DNA of 64,000 bases from an uncultured Porphyromonadaceae bacterium (GTDB lineage: Bacteria > Bacteroidota > Bacteroidia > Bacteroidales > UBA12481). Positions 36,873-47,700 of this stretch are shown here, piece after piece (position 1 is the stretch's first letter; every line of letters starts with the position of its first letter). The stretch is taken from NCBI GenBank assembly GCA_964355105.1, contig CAYHCO010000006.1:102378-166377 (forward strand). Reading direction: 5' to 3'. Position numbers and translations under genes: made by a program. The notes under the pieces were generated by a model. That model ran no database searches. It was not told the origin of the DNA and saw nothing but the letters and a program-made list of their open reading frames with translations.

Positions 36873-38360
36873 ATGAAAAAGAAGGTTGTAATAATTGGTG
36901 GCGGAGTTGCCGGGTTATCAGCCGGGATCTATTCGGCCATGAACGGGTTTGATACTGAAATCCTGGAGATGCATACGGTGGCAGGCGGCCAGTGCACCGC
37001 CTGGGACCGGAAGAAATACCGGTTTGATTATTGCCTCCACTGGCTGGTGGGAACATCCAAAGGGGCTTTTCACGAAATCTGGAAGGAAACCAATGTCATA
37101 AACAGCGAAACGGTGATCGTGAACCACAAGATCCATTCGAGGATCCTCGACCGGGAAGGGAATGAGTTCTATATTTACTCTGATATTGACCGCTGGGAAA
37201 AATACCTGCTCGAAATTGCGCCTGAAGATGAGAGCCCCATTAGAAGAATGTGCCGTGACATGCGCACGAGTGCACTCCTGGAACCCTTTGCCCTGCCGCC
37301 CGAATTGCGCAGTCCGCTCGATTATATCAGGATTCTGCCAACCATGCTTCCTATTGCCAATGTGGTCAGAAAATTTGGCCGCCTTACCTGCAAAGAATAT
37401 TTTGATAAGCTAAACTTCAGCAACGAAAAAATCAGATCGATTCTATATTCCATGTATGGCGACCGGAATTTTTCGGCACTGGCTTTTATTTTCATGCTCG
37501 GCTGGTTTCATCAGAAAAATGCCGGATACATCATAGGCGGATCGTACCCGCTGGCGCAGCGAATGCTGGAAAAGTTTGAAAGTCTGGGCGGAAAAATATC
37601 CTATAAAAAGAGAGTCGCCAAAATAATTGTTGAGAACGATGTTGCCCGGGGAGTGCTGCTTACCGACGGATCCCGGATCGAGGCCGATTACGTGATCGGT
37701 GCAGCCGATGGATATTCCACCATCTATAAAATGCTGGATGCCGCGTACGTATCGAAACAAATCGATTTTGCCTATAATAACTGGGAACTCTTTACTCCCA
37801 TTGTTCAGGTTTCGTTCGGTATCAATCAGGTTATTAAAGCCGAAGAGCCGATCCTTATCAATTTATCGAAAGATCTGATGATCGGGCGCACCCGGTTGGA
37901 GAACGGTTACAACATCATGAATTATGCCCATGACCCGACGATGGCTCCCGAAGGGAAAACGACCATTGTTTTGCGGTATGAAAGTCCTTGGAAACTATGG
38001 GAGAATCTCGACGGGGAAGAATACAAAAACGAAAAGCTTCAGATTGAGAATGATGCGACTGCATTGCTGGAGAAAGAATTTCCGGGAATTTCAAAGTTCA
38101 TCGAGGTGATTGATGTGGCGACTCCCAAAACCGATGTCAAATATACCGGAGTGAAGGATGGCGCTTACGAGGGCTTTATGCCATCAAAAGAGAACATGAT
38201 GAAATCGTTGAAAATGAAACTTCCCAAACTTCAGAACTTCTACTTGGCCGGTCAGTGGTTATTCCCCGGCGGCGGGCTTCCACCCGCTGCACAGACCGGA
38301 AAATGGGCCGTGCAGTTGATTTGCAGGAAAGAGAACCGGAAGTTTGTTTCCAATAAATAA
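36873..38360 (+). CDS. NAD(P)/FAD-dependent oxidoreductase, CrtI/phytoene-desaturase-like (third in window)
   Basis: VVIIGGGVAGLSAGIYSAMNGFDTEILEMHTVAGG dinucleotide fold. 495 aa. C-terminal AGQWLFPGGGLPPA. Confidence 0.85.
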   Translation: MKKKVVIIGGGVAGLSAGIYSAMNGFDTEILEMHTVAGGQCTAWDRKKYRFDYCLHWLVGTSKGAFHEIWKETNVINSETVIVNHKIHSRILDREGNEFYIYSDIDRWEKYLLEIAPEDESPIRRMCRDMRTSALLEPFALPPELRSPLDYIRILPTMLPIANVVRKFGRLTCKEYFDKLNFSNEKIRSILYSMYGDRNFSALAFIFMLGWFHQKNAGYIIGGSYPLAQRMLEKFESLGGKISYKKRVAKIIVENDVARGVLLTDGSRIEADYVIGAADGYSTIYKMLDAAYVSKQIDFAYNNWELFTPIVQVSFGINQVIKAEEPILINLSKDLMIGRTRLENGYNIMNYAHDPTMAPEGKTTIVLRYESPWKLWENLDGEEYKNEKLQIENDATALLEKEFPGISKFIEVIDVATPKTDVKYTGVKDGAYEGFMPSKENMMKSLKMKLPKLQNFYLAGQWLFPGGGLPPAAQTGKWAVQLICRKENRKFVSNK

Positions 38361-38422
38361 GGTAAGCCAGGCAGCAACAGTCAATACTTTTCAAGTTTCA
38401 ATATCCGGATATCGGCTGTAAT

Positions 38423-41400
38423 TTATTTAAAATCGATCTGCCACTTAACGGTGGCATTTTTGCCGGATTCGATTTTTATCCTGAATAAGCCATTGTCACT
38501 TTTTGTTAATGAAATTCTTGCATCCGGATTTGAACAGGATACTTGCTCCGGTGCAAAACCATCCGGGGCAATAGTCAGGACATAAGGATCGCCGCCGACC
38601 ACATTGCTCGTTCCCGACAGGATTTTCCTTCCGTTGTCCCATTTTTCATCGGACATATCAAGATATCCCTGCATGATATGGCGGTCAGCAGATAATACCC
38701 GGGGATGGGCTGTTACTTCCCTTACCGACATCATTCGTGCCTCTCCCGGTCGGAGTTTCTGCTCCAGCCGGTCGGATCCTTTATATATGCCGATATAATT
38801 ATCATTCCAGAAATCGTAAACATAATAGGCTTTGTGGGGATCAAGCCCGAGCGCACCCTCCACGGTTTCGCCGGCCAGGTTGATGCCAATGTTTTTTTCG
38901 TGCTCAAAATCGCCGTTGTAAAAGGTCAGCTGGTGCCATCCTTCATCAACCTTGAAATCGTAAACCGTAGGATAGTCGCTTACGAAGGCATCAATTGGCC
39001 TGGCGGTTCTGTTCTCCACCGGATAAGGAAAAGTGCGGGTAAGGTCGCGTAATGTTTCAGGCGAAAATTGGGAGTAACTGTTTGCCAGAAGCAGACGACC
39101 AGTAGTCACGAAGGCCATGGTCACGACCGCACGCACCTGATCCCTGCTTCCCTGCAGGCGGGCAATATTCTTGGAATCCGTATCCTGATTGTACAGAACC
39201 CGGTTTTTGTACCAGCGCAGTCCGCAGCGGGTAACCGTGATTTTATCCATCTGGTCGGTATCATTCTCCGTGCGCATGGAAGCAACGAATCCTATTGCCA
39301 CATCGCTTCCCCTCTCCATATTGCGCTCATCTACATAGGATTCCGGGCCCAGACCTTCGTAGGGCATCCGGAAGATATTCCGGTAAGCTGCCGCCGTAGT
39401 TGAATAGGGATCCTCCATGCCACCTCCTGAAGCCCATCCCGAGAACGGATAATCGAACATCAGGCCCTTGATGCCGCCGGATGCAAGGTTTTTATACACC
39501 TCCTTCAGATGGCTTAGGAAACCCGGATCGGTATAATCATATCCCCACACAATTCGGTTCCGGGTCCAGGTTTGATTCCATGATTTAAACATTTCGCCGG
39601 CCGTATCCTGGGGTGCACCTACCCATGCGTAGGTTTTGTTGAAGAGCATGTGCCCGGGGAAAGCTTTGGCATAATCCTCCGACCTGAATCCGGTTTGAAA
39701 ATAGGTAATCGGGATCCCACCCAGGTTGGTCACCGCCTTACCCCATTTTTCTGACGTTTCGTAAGGTGCTAAATAGCGCCCGTTCTGGCTGGCATTCAGA
39801 TCAGTCTCCGCCATCTGCCAGTGCTTGTCGTCCCACCAGCCCTGCTGGTTGTCAGGCAGATAAGAATCAGGCACCAAACGCACGGCAGCCCGGCTGTAAT
39901 TCAGAAAACCGCTTTCAGCAATAATGCCCATCTCTTTAACGGCCCCTGGGGTATTGTTTTTTGCCACTCCTCCGCCATAATCGCTCACTTCAGCGTACCA
40001 GAGGCATACCGATGGGAAATCATACATGCTCAGTTTGATATCCTGGGCCTTGCTGACAAGCAGCCCGTATTGTTCGAGGGCTTCGAAAGGATCGGGGCGG
40101 GTTACATCGATATAAAATTGATCGTCAGGAATATAGGTTGTTCCCGGATCCACTTTTTTACCCACAGGATCCAAAGCAAACAAGCTCGCCGTATATTCCC
40201 TTCTTGGCCTCACACACTCATTAATCTGAGTAAGCTGATCCTTCAACAGAGGCTCATAATTGCCATCGCGGAGCCAAAACTCATTCAGATAAACATTCGG
40301 ATCCTTCGCGTTGTTTTCGTAATCACCTGCCGCATGTTCCACCACCAATTGAAATGCGCCTGCCTCTACTGCATCCGCTGGCACCAGCATCTCCACCTGT
40401 TCAACATCCTCTTTTTTCACCCCATCAAAACGAGGGAGGAGCTGATTTTCCAAAAGAGGCATCCTGATAAGCTTATAATCTTTCATGAATTCCACAAAGA
40501 CTGACTGCCGGTGATCTTTTCGATCGCCATGCCTCAGACCTCTCCACCAGGAGAAACCCAGAAGATATGGCTTTCCCTTGTCAAGATTTTTAATGTCCAG
40601 GATGATTTTCTCCGGGTCCATGGCTGAAGTTGCCGTTTCAGTGCATCTGAACTCATGGTTCTGCCAGGTTTGTTTGAGAGTACCCTTCACCAGTTCCAGC
40701 TTTTCGCCGCTTGCCGACTCGTCCGATTTATCATCCGGCAGGTTCAGATAGCACAACAAGCTGCTTTTATCATCAATACCCTTTTCCAGTTCTACTGGGC
40801 GGCTTTGCGCCATGGAAGCAAATTTTTCAAAATCGGAGTAGGTCAGTCCGCCCATCACCAGAGTTTGCCGCAGCTGGCCTTTGCCGAAAGTCAGGAGGAT
40901 ATTGTTCCGCGACTTGAGGGCGTATTCCCTGGTCAATGGGGAATACATCCTTAGACCATATTCAAGCGGTTCTCCGCCGCTGAAACCGTCGATCATGGCG
41001 AAATTCTCCGGGAAGACCGTTCCGTCGTAGGCCATTCCACCGGCCAAAGCATGGATTTCCTTGACCTGAATAGATTCAGCCGTTGTATTATCGATCCCGC
41101 CCGATATCGTAAAATATCCCTCGTTTTCATAGAGTGTGAACCGGAAGAGCATCCGCGGCTGATTATCCGATTCAATTTTAAGTGACAGTGCCATCCCTTT
41201 GCCCGGATCATCTGAAACCGATTGTTTTTCCCAGGTGAACCGGGTGTTTGCATCTCCGGACGACCAGTTATTTATCTTGAGGACAGCATCCCTGATCGGG
41301 ATTGTATTATCCTTAAGGTTCCTGATGCTGTATTTTCCATCCACCAGGTTAAAACTCAGGCTCACCAACTCATTTTTAAGGACCACCGCATCGCCGTCAC

Positions 41401-41494
41401 GTTTGACTTTCACTCCCTCAGTACAGGAAGCTGAAAGCATAACCAGGGCCGACAACAATGCTCCAACGATCAATAAATGTCTGATTTTCTTCAT
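38423..41494 (-). CDS. large lipoprotein, putative glycoside hydrolase (alpha-galactosidase-like TIM barrel suspected)
   Basis: 1023 aa. SpII signal LVMLSASC. The central region (GGIKGLMFDY, ASMRTENDTD) loosely recalls clan GH-D motifs. It is the last gene of the Sus-like operon. Family not established. Confidence 0.4.
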   Translation of the reverse strand: MKKIRHLLIVGALLSALVMLSASCTEGVKVKRDGDAVVLKNELVSLSFNLVDGKYSIRNLKDNTIPIRDAVLKINNWSSGDANTRFTWEKQSVSDDPGKGMALSLKIESDNQPRMLFRFTLYENEGYFTISGGIDNTTAESIQVKEIHALAGGMAYDGTVFPENFAMIDGFSGGEPLEYGLRMYSPLTREYALKSRNNILLTFGKGQLRQTLVMGGLTYSDFEKFASMAQSRPVELEKGIDDKSSLLCYLNLPDDKSDESASGEKLELVKGTLKQTWQNHEFRCTETATSAMDPEKIILDIKNLDKGKPYLLGFSWWRGLRHGDRKDHRQSVFVEFMKDYKLIRMPLLENQLLPRFDGVKKEDVEQVEMLVPADAVEAGAFQLVVEHAAGDYENNAKDPNVYLNEFWLRDGNYEPLLKDQLTQINECVRPRREYTASLFALDPVGKKVDPGTTYIPDDQFYIDVTRPDPFEALEQYGLLVSKAQDIKLSMYDFPSVCLWYAEVSDYGGGVAKNNTPGAVKEMGIIAESGFLNYSRAAVRLVPDSYLPDNQQGWWDDKHWQMAETDLNASQNGRYLAPYETSEKWGKAVTNLGGIPITYFQTGFRSEDYAKAFPGHMLFNKTYAWVGAPQDTAGEMFKSWNQTWTRNRIVWGYDYTDPGFLSHLKEVYKNLASGGIKGLMFDYPFSGWASGGGMEDPYSTTAAAYRNIFRMPYEGLGPESYVDERNMERGSDVAIGFVASMRTENDTDQMDKITVTRCGLRWYKNRVLYNQDTDSKNIARLQGSRDQVRAVVTMAFVTTGRLLLANSYSQFSPETLRDLTRTFPYPVENRTARPIDAFVSDYPTVYDFKVDEGWHQLTFYNGDFEHEKNIGINLAGETVEGALGLDPHKAYYVYDFWNDNYIGIYKGSDRLEQKLRPGEARMMSVREVTAHPRVLSADRHIMQGYLDMSDEKWDNGRKILSGTSNVVGGDPYVLTIAPDGFAPEQVSCSNPDARISLTKSDNGLFRIKIESGKNATVKWQIDFK

Positions 41495-41597
41495 AGCAGG
41501 TGAAAATAAGGCTTTTGGCGGGAAAAACCAGCTATCTTATTTACCCTGTTTGGTCAATATCTTCCACCAGGACACCACCGATTTCCCACCGGGGTGT

Positions 41598-43157
41598 CTA
41601 TGGCCTTCTCATAAATTTAACTGTGCGTGTGTACCTGGTGTTTTCAATAACCAGAATATAAATGCCCGGCTTAAGAAATGAAATATCCACTGCCATTTGC
41701 ATTCCCACGGAATCACTGCAATAAACTTTATTGGAACACAAATTGTAAATTGAAATGCGATTGTTTTCTCCGGGCAAATTTGCGGTTATCCGGTCATCAT
41801 TGACCCTGATTGAAAAATCAAAGTCGGAATCATTGGTTTTCGGATTGGTGCTGAGGTTAAAATCCAGGTTAACCTTCACTTTTTCAGATTTGGTTACCCT
41901 ATCATTATCATCAACAAAAGCGGTTTGTATTTGGTATTCACCCTTTTGGGTTGTCGTCCAGCTCAATTCGAACGGAAAGGTATTATCATATCCCGCCAGT
42001 ACATCATTAACATAAAATTCGACCCTTTTAACGGTTGCTTTCAGGTTTTGAGCGCTGGTCTTTATGGTGAAGCCCGGATCATGTATCGTGCTTCCGTCAA
42101 GGGGTGCATCAATTTTTGCGCTGGCGGGTACTGTATTCTCCGCATCAAAAAATGTAATGGTCCGCGTCTCAAAGTTCCTGAATGAAAAATCCTTCGCAAT
42201 GTCCGCATAATATATCCTGGCAATTTGTCCCGCTTCCACATCGGTATTTCCGATGATTGTCGGATACCAAGCTTGTCCGGATATGGCGGAAGAGATTATT
42301 GCCTGGGGCTGTTCCCAGATTACCCCATCTTTGCTTACAGAAAGATATATCCGTGCGGGTGCCCATCCATGCCATACCATGACCCATTTATTGAGATAGG
42401 TATTCCAATGAACGGAAGGGTTACCGCCAGGGTAATTTTGCAAACCCGGCAAAGGCATTTGTTCTCCTCTCAAACCGTCTTGCGTAAAATCTCCGTAATA
42501 ATACTTTTTCCATGTTCCCGGTGCCCCAAGCGGGTCGGTGGAGATGGCCATTGAAATCCAGTGTTCCTGGAAATAACACATCCAGCGTTTATTAATATGA
42601 TCCCAAACAACACAGCAATCCCCGGTGCCTCCCCACGTGGGTGAGTTTGGTTTGGCTATTGAGCTGGTAATTATTTGCCTGCCTCCCGACCAACTTTTCC
42701 CTTTATCAGCCGAGTAGGTCACCCCCAACGATTTCCAGGCAATGTCGTTTGATGTATGAGGATACCAATGATCTTCTGCATGGTAAAAACCAACAAAACT
42801 ATCCTGGCTTACGCGAAATACCGACATTAGCCATGATCCGCCATTGTCCCATGAATTGAAATTCCCCCGCCCGCCGAACACAGCACTTCGGGGTGAAAGT
42901 TCTTCCTGATCTTCAACAAATTGGGATCGGCCAACGCTTCTGTGAGACTCAAATTCCGCCCAGAACATAATATATCCCTCCTCATCGGGAACTACACTGA
43001 TATGTCCATCCGGATACCAGCTGAAAAGCGGATAACCAATTTTGTTTTGAACCCTATCTGCCGGCGAGAGTACTGCAGACCATTGTCCGTAAGTCATTCC
43101 CGCGGCTGCAAAAAGCACGATCAGTGAACAGATTAATCTGTTGGGTGTATTTTTCAT
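41598..43157 (-). CDS. T9SS-secreted Asp-box (BNR) beta-propeller-like protein with Ig-like domain
   Basis: Signal peptide MKNTPNRLICSLIVLFAAAGMTYG. Asp-box SADKGKSW. Ig-like segment VKRVEFYVNDVLAG. T9SS sorting domain ISIYNLCSNKVY...PGIYILVIENTRYTRTVKF. Start at ATG 43155-43157. Confidence 0.6.
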   Translation of the reverse strand: MKNTPNRLICSLIVLFAAAGMTYGQWSAVLSPADRVQNKIGYPLFSWYPDGHISVVPDEEGYIMFWAEFESHRSVGRSQFVEDQEELSPRSAVFGGRGNFNSWDNGGSWLMSVFRVSQDSFVGFYHAEDHWYPHTSNDIAWKSLGVTYSADKGKSWSGGRQIITSSIAKPNSPTWGGTGDCCVVWDHINKRWMCYFQEHWISMAISTDPLGAPGTWKKYYYGDFTQDGLRGEQMPLPGLQNYPGGNPSVHWNTYLNKWVMVWHGWAPARIYLSVSKDGVIWEQPQAIISSAISGQAWYPTIIGNTDVEAGQIARIYYADIAKDFSFRNFETRTITFFDAENTVPASAKIDAPLDGSTIHDPGFTIKTSAQNLKATVKRVEFYVNDVLAGYDNTFPFELSWTTTQKGEYQIQTAFVDDNDRVTKSEKVKVNLDFNLSTNPKTNDSDFDFSIRVNDDRITANLPGENNRISIYNLCSNKVYCSDSVGMQMAVDISFLKPGIYILVIENTRYTRTVKFMRRP

Positions 43158-43170
43158 TTCCAAAATAATG

Positions 43171-43199
43171 AAAAAAAGAAAAGGGATTTCTCCCTTTTC
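43171..43199 (-). terminator. intrinsic terminator-like hairpin after susD-like gene
   Basis: On the minus strand, GAAAAGGGA-GAAA-TCCCTTTTC forms a 9-bp stem with a 4-nt loop (43178-43199), followed by TTTTTTT (43171-43177). It sits between the SusD stop (43226) and the next start (43157). Confidence 0.55.
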
Positions 43200-43225
43200 T
43201 CTCTCATTTATTGTTTACCATCAAG

Positions 43226-44725
43226 CTAATATCCGGGATTTTGTTCTAAATCCCCGTTACTGATTTTTATTTCCCTGTCTGGAATTGGAAATAAAACATG
43301 ATGATCTTTTATATTGGCAGCCGCTATCGGGTTGCCTTCGCCAGTTGATTGAACGGCGCTAACCAATAAACCATATCTGGCCAAATCTGTCCATCTGTGT
43401 CCTTCAAAACACAATTCCCACTTCCTTTCGTTCAGTACAGCCGTCAGAAAGTCAGCTCCCGACAATCCGGCGAGATTGCTGAGGCCGGCTCTTTGCCTTA
43501 CCCGGTTAATTGCCGCGTAGGCATCCGCATTTGGGGACCCGGCTTGACGACACTGCGCTTCAGCATATACTAACAACACATCTGCAAACCTTGTGATGGG
43601 AAAATTGAACGGAGATTGCCACTCTGTTGCATACCCCCTGGTGGCAGGATTTGGATCATGCCTCCATTTATAGGCGTAATAAATCCCGTCGTTGGTTGGC
43701 TCCGTATTTCCCTCAGCATCGATAACGAGATAATCAACAATATTGTAATCTCTTCTCAAGTCACCTGTCTGGTAAGAACGGTACAATTCAGGCATAGCCC
43801 TGCAGATTGAATAAGCGATAGTATTGGTGTATCTTCCCGGAGGTCCGTCCCAGGTAGCTACCTGACCGCCCTCGTTATCAGAGGCGATGTATTCCGCACT
43901 AAAAATATATTCTGCTCCATGCTCATGCGTCAGTGAAAAAATGTCCTTGTAAACAGGCTCAAGGTCATAAACACCGGCATCAATTACTTCCTTGGCATAT
44001 TGAGCGGCTTTGGCAGCTGCACTCGCATCCTTCATAGGTTCGCCTGCCATTTGCAGATAGGCTTTTGCCAGTAATGATTTTGCCGAGTAATAATTTGCCC
44101 GACCGGGCTCATTGGAAACCGGAAGGTTTTCAATGGCCGTTTCGTAATCATCAATCACCCTCTGATAGGTTTCAGCCAGTGTACTTCGAATGTTCCTGAA
44201 CTCATTTAAATTGGTTTCGTCCGTAATGATCGGCACTCCGCCAAAATAACGGGCTAATTGGAAATAGTAAAAGCCTCTGAGAAAACTGGCTTCTCCCAAA
44301 ATCCGGTTTCTGGTATCCGCCTGAATTTCAACACTGGTGTTTTTGATCTTTCCAATAACAATATTGCATCTTGAGATACCGACATATTGCATTTGCCAAA
44401 CTGAATTGGGTATTCTTGAAAATGCAGAGTAGGTATAGTTGCTTACCTCCTTACCGGTGGCATCCCAAAATCCCTGATTCACATACATTTCATCTGTTCC
44501 GGCACGACCCATCATCATCAGGCCTTTGAAATAGGTTCCAAAACCCCGGTCAAGCTGATGAACCGCAATGGGATCGTACGCACCGTTCAGTGCCAATTCA
44601 AAGTCTTCAACCGTTTCGAAGAAGTTTCCGAGAACCAGATTGCTCTTGGGTGTTATATCCAATTGCTTTTCGCAAGCTGAGAAGAATATAACGGCAGTTA
44701 GTATATAAAATAGTTTTTTCATCAC
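43226..44725 (-). CDS. RagB/SusD-family nutrient-binding outer-membrane lipoprotein
   Basis: SpII signal MMKKLFYILTAVIFFSAC. 499 aa. SusD-like helical composition. Starts 10 bp downstream of the SusC-like gene. Confidence 0.9.
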   Translation of the reverse strand: MMKKLFYILTAVIFFSACEKQLDITPKSNLVLGNFFETVEDFELALNGAYDPIAVHQLDRGFGTYFKGLMMMGRAGTDEMYVNQGFWDATGKEVSNYTYSAFSRIPNSVWQMQYVGISRCNIVIGKIKNTSVEIQADTRNRILGEASFLRGFYYFQLARYFGGVPIITDETNLNEFRNIRSTLAETYQRVIDDYETAIENLPVSNEPGRANYYSAKSLLAKAYLQMAGEPMKDASAAAKAAQYAKEVIDAGVYDLEPVYKDIFSLTHEHGAEYIFSAEYIASDNEGGQVATWDGPPGRYTNTIAYSICRAMPELYRSYQTGDLRRDYNIVDYLVIDAEGNTEPTNDGIYYAYKWRHDPNPATRGYATEWQSPFNFPITRFADVLLVYAEAQCRQAGSPNADAYAAINRVRQRAGLSNLAGLSGADFLTAVLNERKWELCFEGHRWTDLARYGLLVSAVQSTGEGNPIAAANIKDHHVLFPIPDREIKISNGDLEQNPGY

Positions 44726-44735
44726 TTCTTATTTA

Positions 44736-47700
44736 TTAAAATTCAACATTCAATCCCAACATGATAGTTCTCGCCCTGGGGAATCCGCCGTAATCAAAAC
44801 CCTGGACAAAAGGATAACGCCAATCCACCTGGTTGGAAGTGACTTCCGGGTCGTATCCCGTATACTTTGTAATTAAGGCAAGATTGTTAGCAGCCACATA
44901 AACCTTCGCTTTCTTGATTTTTATAGCAGATGTCCATCTTGAAGGCAGTATATATCCGAGTCTTAAGGTCTGCAGACGTATAAATGAACCGTCTTCTACC
45001 AAATAATCGGCGGGACGCAAGGAAGGAACTCTTGCATATTGCCGGCTGTCAGGATTTTCTTCGCTCCATCGTTCGGTCCAGTCGGAAGTTTGATTCGCAC
45101 TGGAACCGGGGAAGGAGGAAATACGGGTTTTAGTCGCATTGAAAACCTTGTTTCCATAGCTGTATTGAAGCACGACATCCAGCGTGAAGCCTTTATAGGA
45201 AAAACTGTTATTCCATGATCCAAATATTTTGGGAGTGGTATTTCCCAGAACAGTCCGGTCGAAGCCATCAATCACACCGTCTTCATTGAGGTCCTTGTAT
45301 TTGATGTCTCCCGGAATCTCACCAGCACCGGCGGTTGGCACTCCCACTTTGGGAGATCCGTCGGCATTAAAGTCTTCCGGCAAATAAATACCATTGGTCT
45401 GATAGCCATACAGGTCATTAATCGACCCACCGACTTGCAGAATCACCTCATCGGTTGATATGGCATCAAAATTCACGTCAATGTAGATAGGCTGACCATC
45501 GTTGCCCAATGCCTTTATTTCATTTTTCATGGTTGTGGCAAACAATCTTGAAGTCCAGCCAAAACCCCGGGATGTTAGTAGATCATAGGTAGCGGATACC
45601 TCAAACCCTCTGTTTTGAATCTCACCAACATTGAACCAACCGGAGGAAAAACCGGTGGAAATTGAAACGGGGGTCAGCAACAACAAATTACTGGTATTTT
45701 TAACAAAATAGTCGGCTGTAATACTCAGCTTGTTGTTAAAGATCCCAAAATCGACACCGGCATTGAACTGGGTTGTTGTTTCCCAGGAAAGGTCTCTGTT
45801 TTCAAGGTTCAGCGGACTTACACCATTAACAAACCCGCCGTTAAAATTGTAATTGGAATATTGCTGGTCGAGCAAAGCTCCCTGGATGGGCACATTCGCA
45901 TTACCCACCTGACCGATACTCGTTCTCAGTTTTAATTCTGAAACAACATCAGAGTCAACAAGGAAAGATTCATTTTTCAGGTTCCAGCCCAGCGCTGCGG
46001 AATAAAAATCGCCCCATTTATCATTGATAAAGCGTGAAGTTCCGTCCTTTCTGTAAGAAATCGTCGCAAGATATTTGTTGTCGTAAGCGTAATTGGCCCG
46101 CGAAAGAAACGATACCATAAAAAGCTCATCGACAGCAGAAGAAGCGAGAAACTCCGCGGCACCCTGCAATGAATTGTAACCCAGTTTTTCATTCCGAAAA
46201 TCGCGACCTTCAGTCCGATAGAACTCATTCCGGTCCTTCTGGAAGGAAATCCCGCTGAGAAAGGTCAGGTTATGTTTATTAAAGCTCTTTGCCAGTGTAA
46301 AGTAGTTTTCGTTCACATAGTTGGTAGCATTGGAACTGGCTGCAGTGGCAACGCCATTATTCAGGCTTCCCCATGGGGTGTTTTTGGAATAAAACTGCTG
46401 ATCTTTCAGATTGAAAATGTCGATACCGAGTGTTGATCTGAACGATAACCAGTCGGTAATTTCATAATTCGCATACAGGTTTGCGATGGTGCGGTTGATG
46501 GTCTTATCCAGTCTGGTATTCCTCGCTATATTATCAGGATTGCTTAAGTTCGAAGCAAGATAGCTGTCGAGAAGTATCTGTGGAACTCCCGCTCTGCGAA
46601 AACGAGCCTGTGTATTGTTATCCATTCTGAAAGGGTTCTCGAATAATGCAGATATAACCACCCCGGCAGCAGTACCTTCGCGGCCGTCGGTCGGCACCCC
46701 GTTGTTGATGATCTTACTCAGGGTCAGGTTAGCCCCGGCAGTCAGTTTATCGGAGAAATTATGGTCGATGGAAATCCGGTTGGAAAACTTCTCGAAATTG
46801 GTTTCCATCAACACGGATTTATCCTGATTGTATAAGGTGGAAATCACATAGCTTGTTTTCTCGGTTTTGCCCTGCATCATCAAAGAGTGATTCTGAACGA
46901 TTCCCCTGCGGTAGATCTCATCCTGCCAGTTAGTATTCATCTTATCCGCATCTGGGAAAATGTAGGGAGTTCCGTCGGGTGCCGTAAAAAGTCGATTGGT
47001 TGGGTTTTGTTTTTGCTGATACTGCGCGTAATCACTAAAATCCATCACATCGATCCTTTTTTTCATTTCCTGAACACCGTAGTAGCTGTTATAGGTAATC
47101 CCTGATTCACCTTTTCTCCCTTTCTTGGTGGTAATCATGATGACGCCGTTGGCCCCCCTGTTACCATAAATCGCAGTTGCAGATGCATCCTTCAGGACTT
47201 GTATCGATTCAATGTCATCAGGGTTGATATAGGAGAAAGAGCTCATCTGGGCAGAAAACCCTTCCAGGCCTCCTCCACCGGAGGTAGCTACCTCGCTAAT
47301 TGGAAAACCATCCACAACGATTAGTGGCTGGGAGCTTCCGCTAACTGAAGAAATTCCCCTGATATTCATTTTAGTGGCTGCTCCCGGCTGCCCCCCGGTT
47401 GAGCTGATTGAAAGGCCGGCGACCTGACCCTGCAAAGCCTCCTCAATATTGGTAATCGGTCTGTCCTTCATCACCTCGGGATTTACCGAAGAAACTGCAC
47501 CGGTGACATTGGCACGTTTCTGAGTTCCGTATCCTACTACAACCACTTCATTCATTCTGGTAACGTCCTCCTCCAGTACGACGTTTATTTTACGGTTTTG
47601 CCCAATGGTAACCTCCTGTGACTTATATCCAATGAATGAAAAGATGAGTACAGACGAGGACCCTCTGACCGAAATCGAATAATTTCCATTGGCATCAGCA

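Noticed and set aside
41570-41598. Hairpin GACACCCCGG...CGGTGGTGTC overlapping the stop of the Asp-box T9SS gene.
   Set aside because: The stem is imperfect with a bulge, and no U-tract follows on the coding strand. The evidence is insufficient for a terminator.
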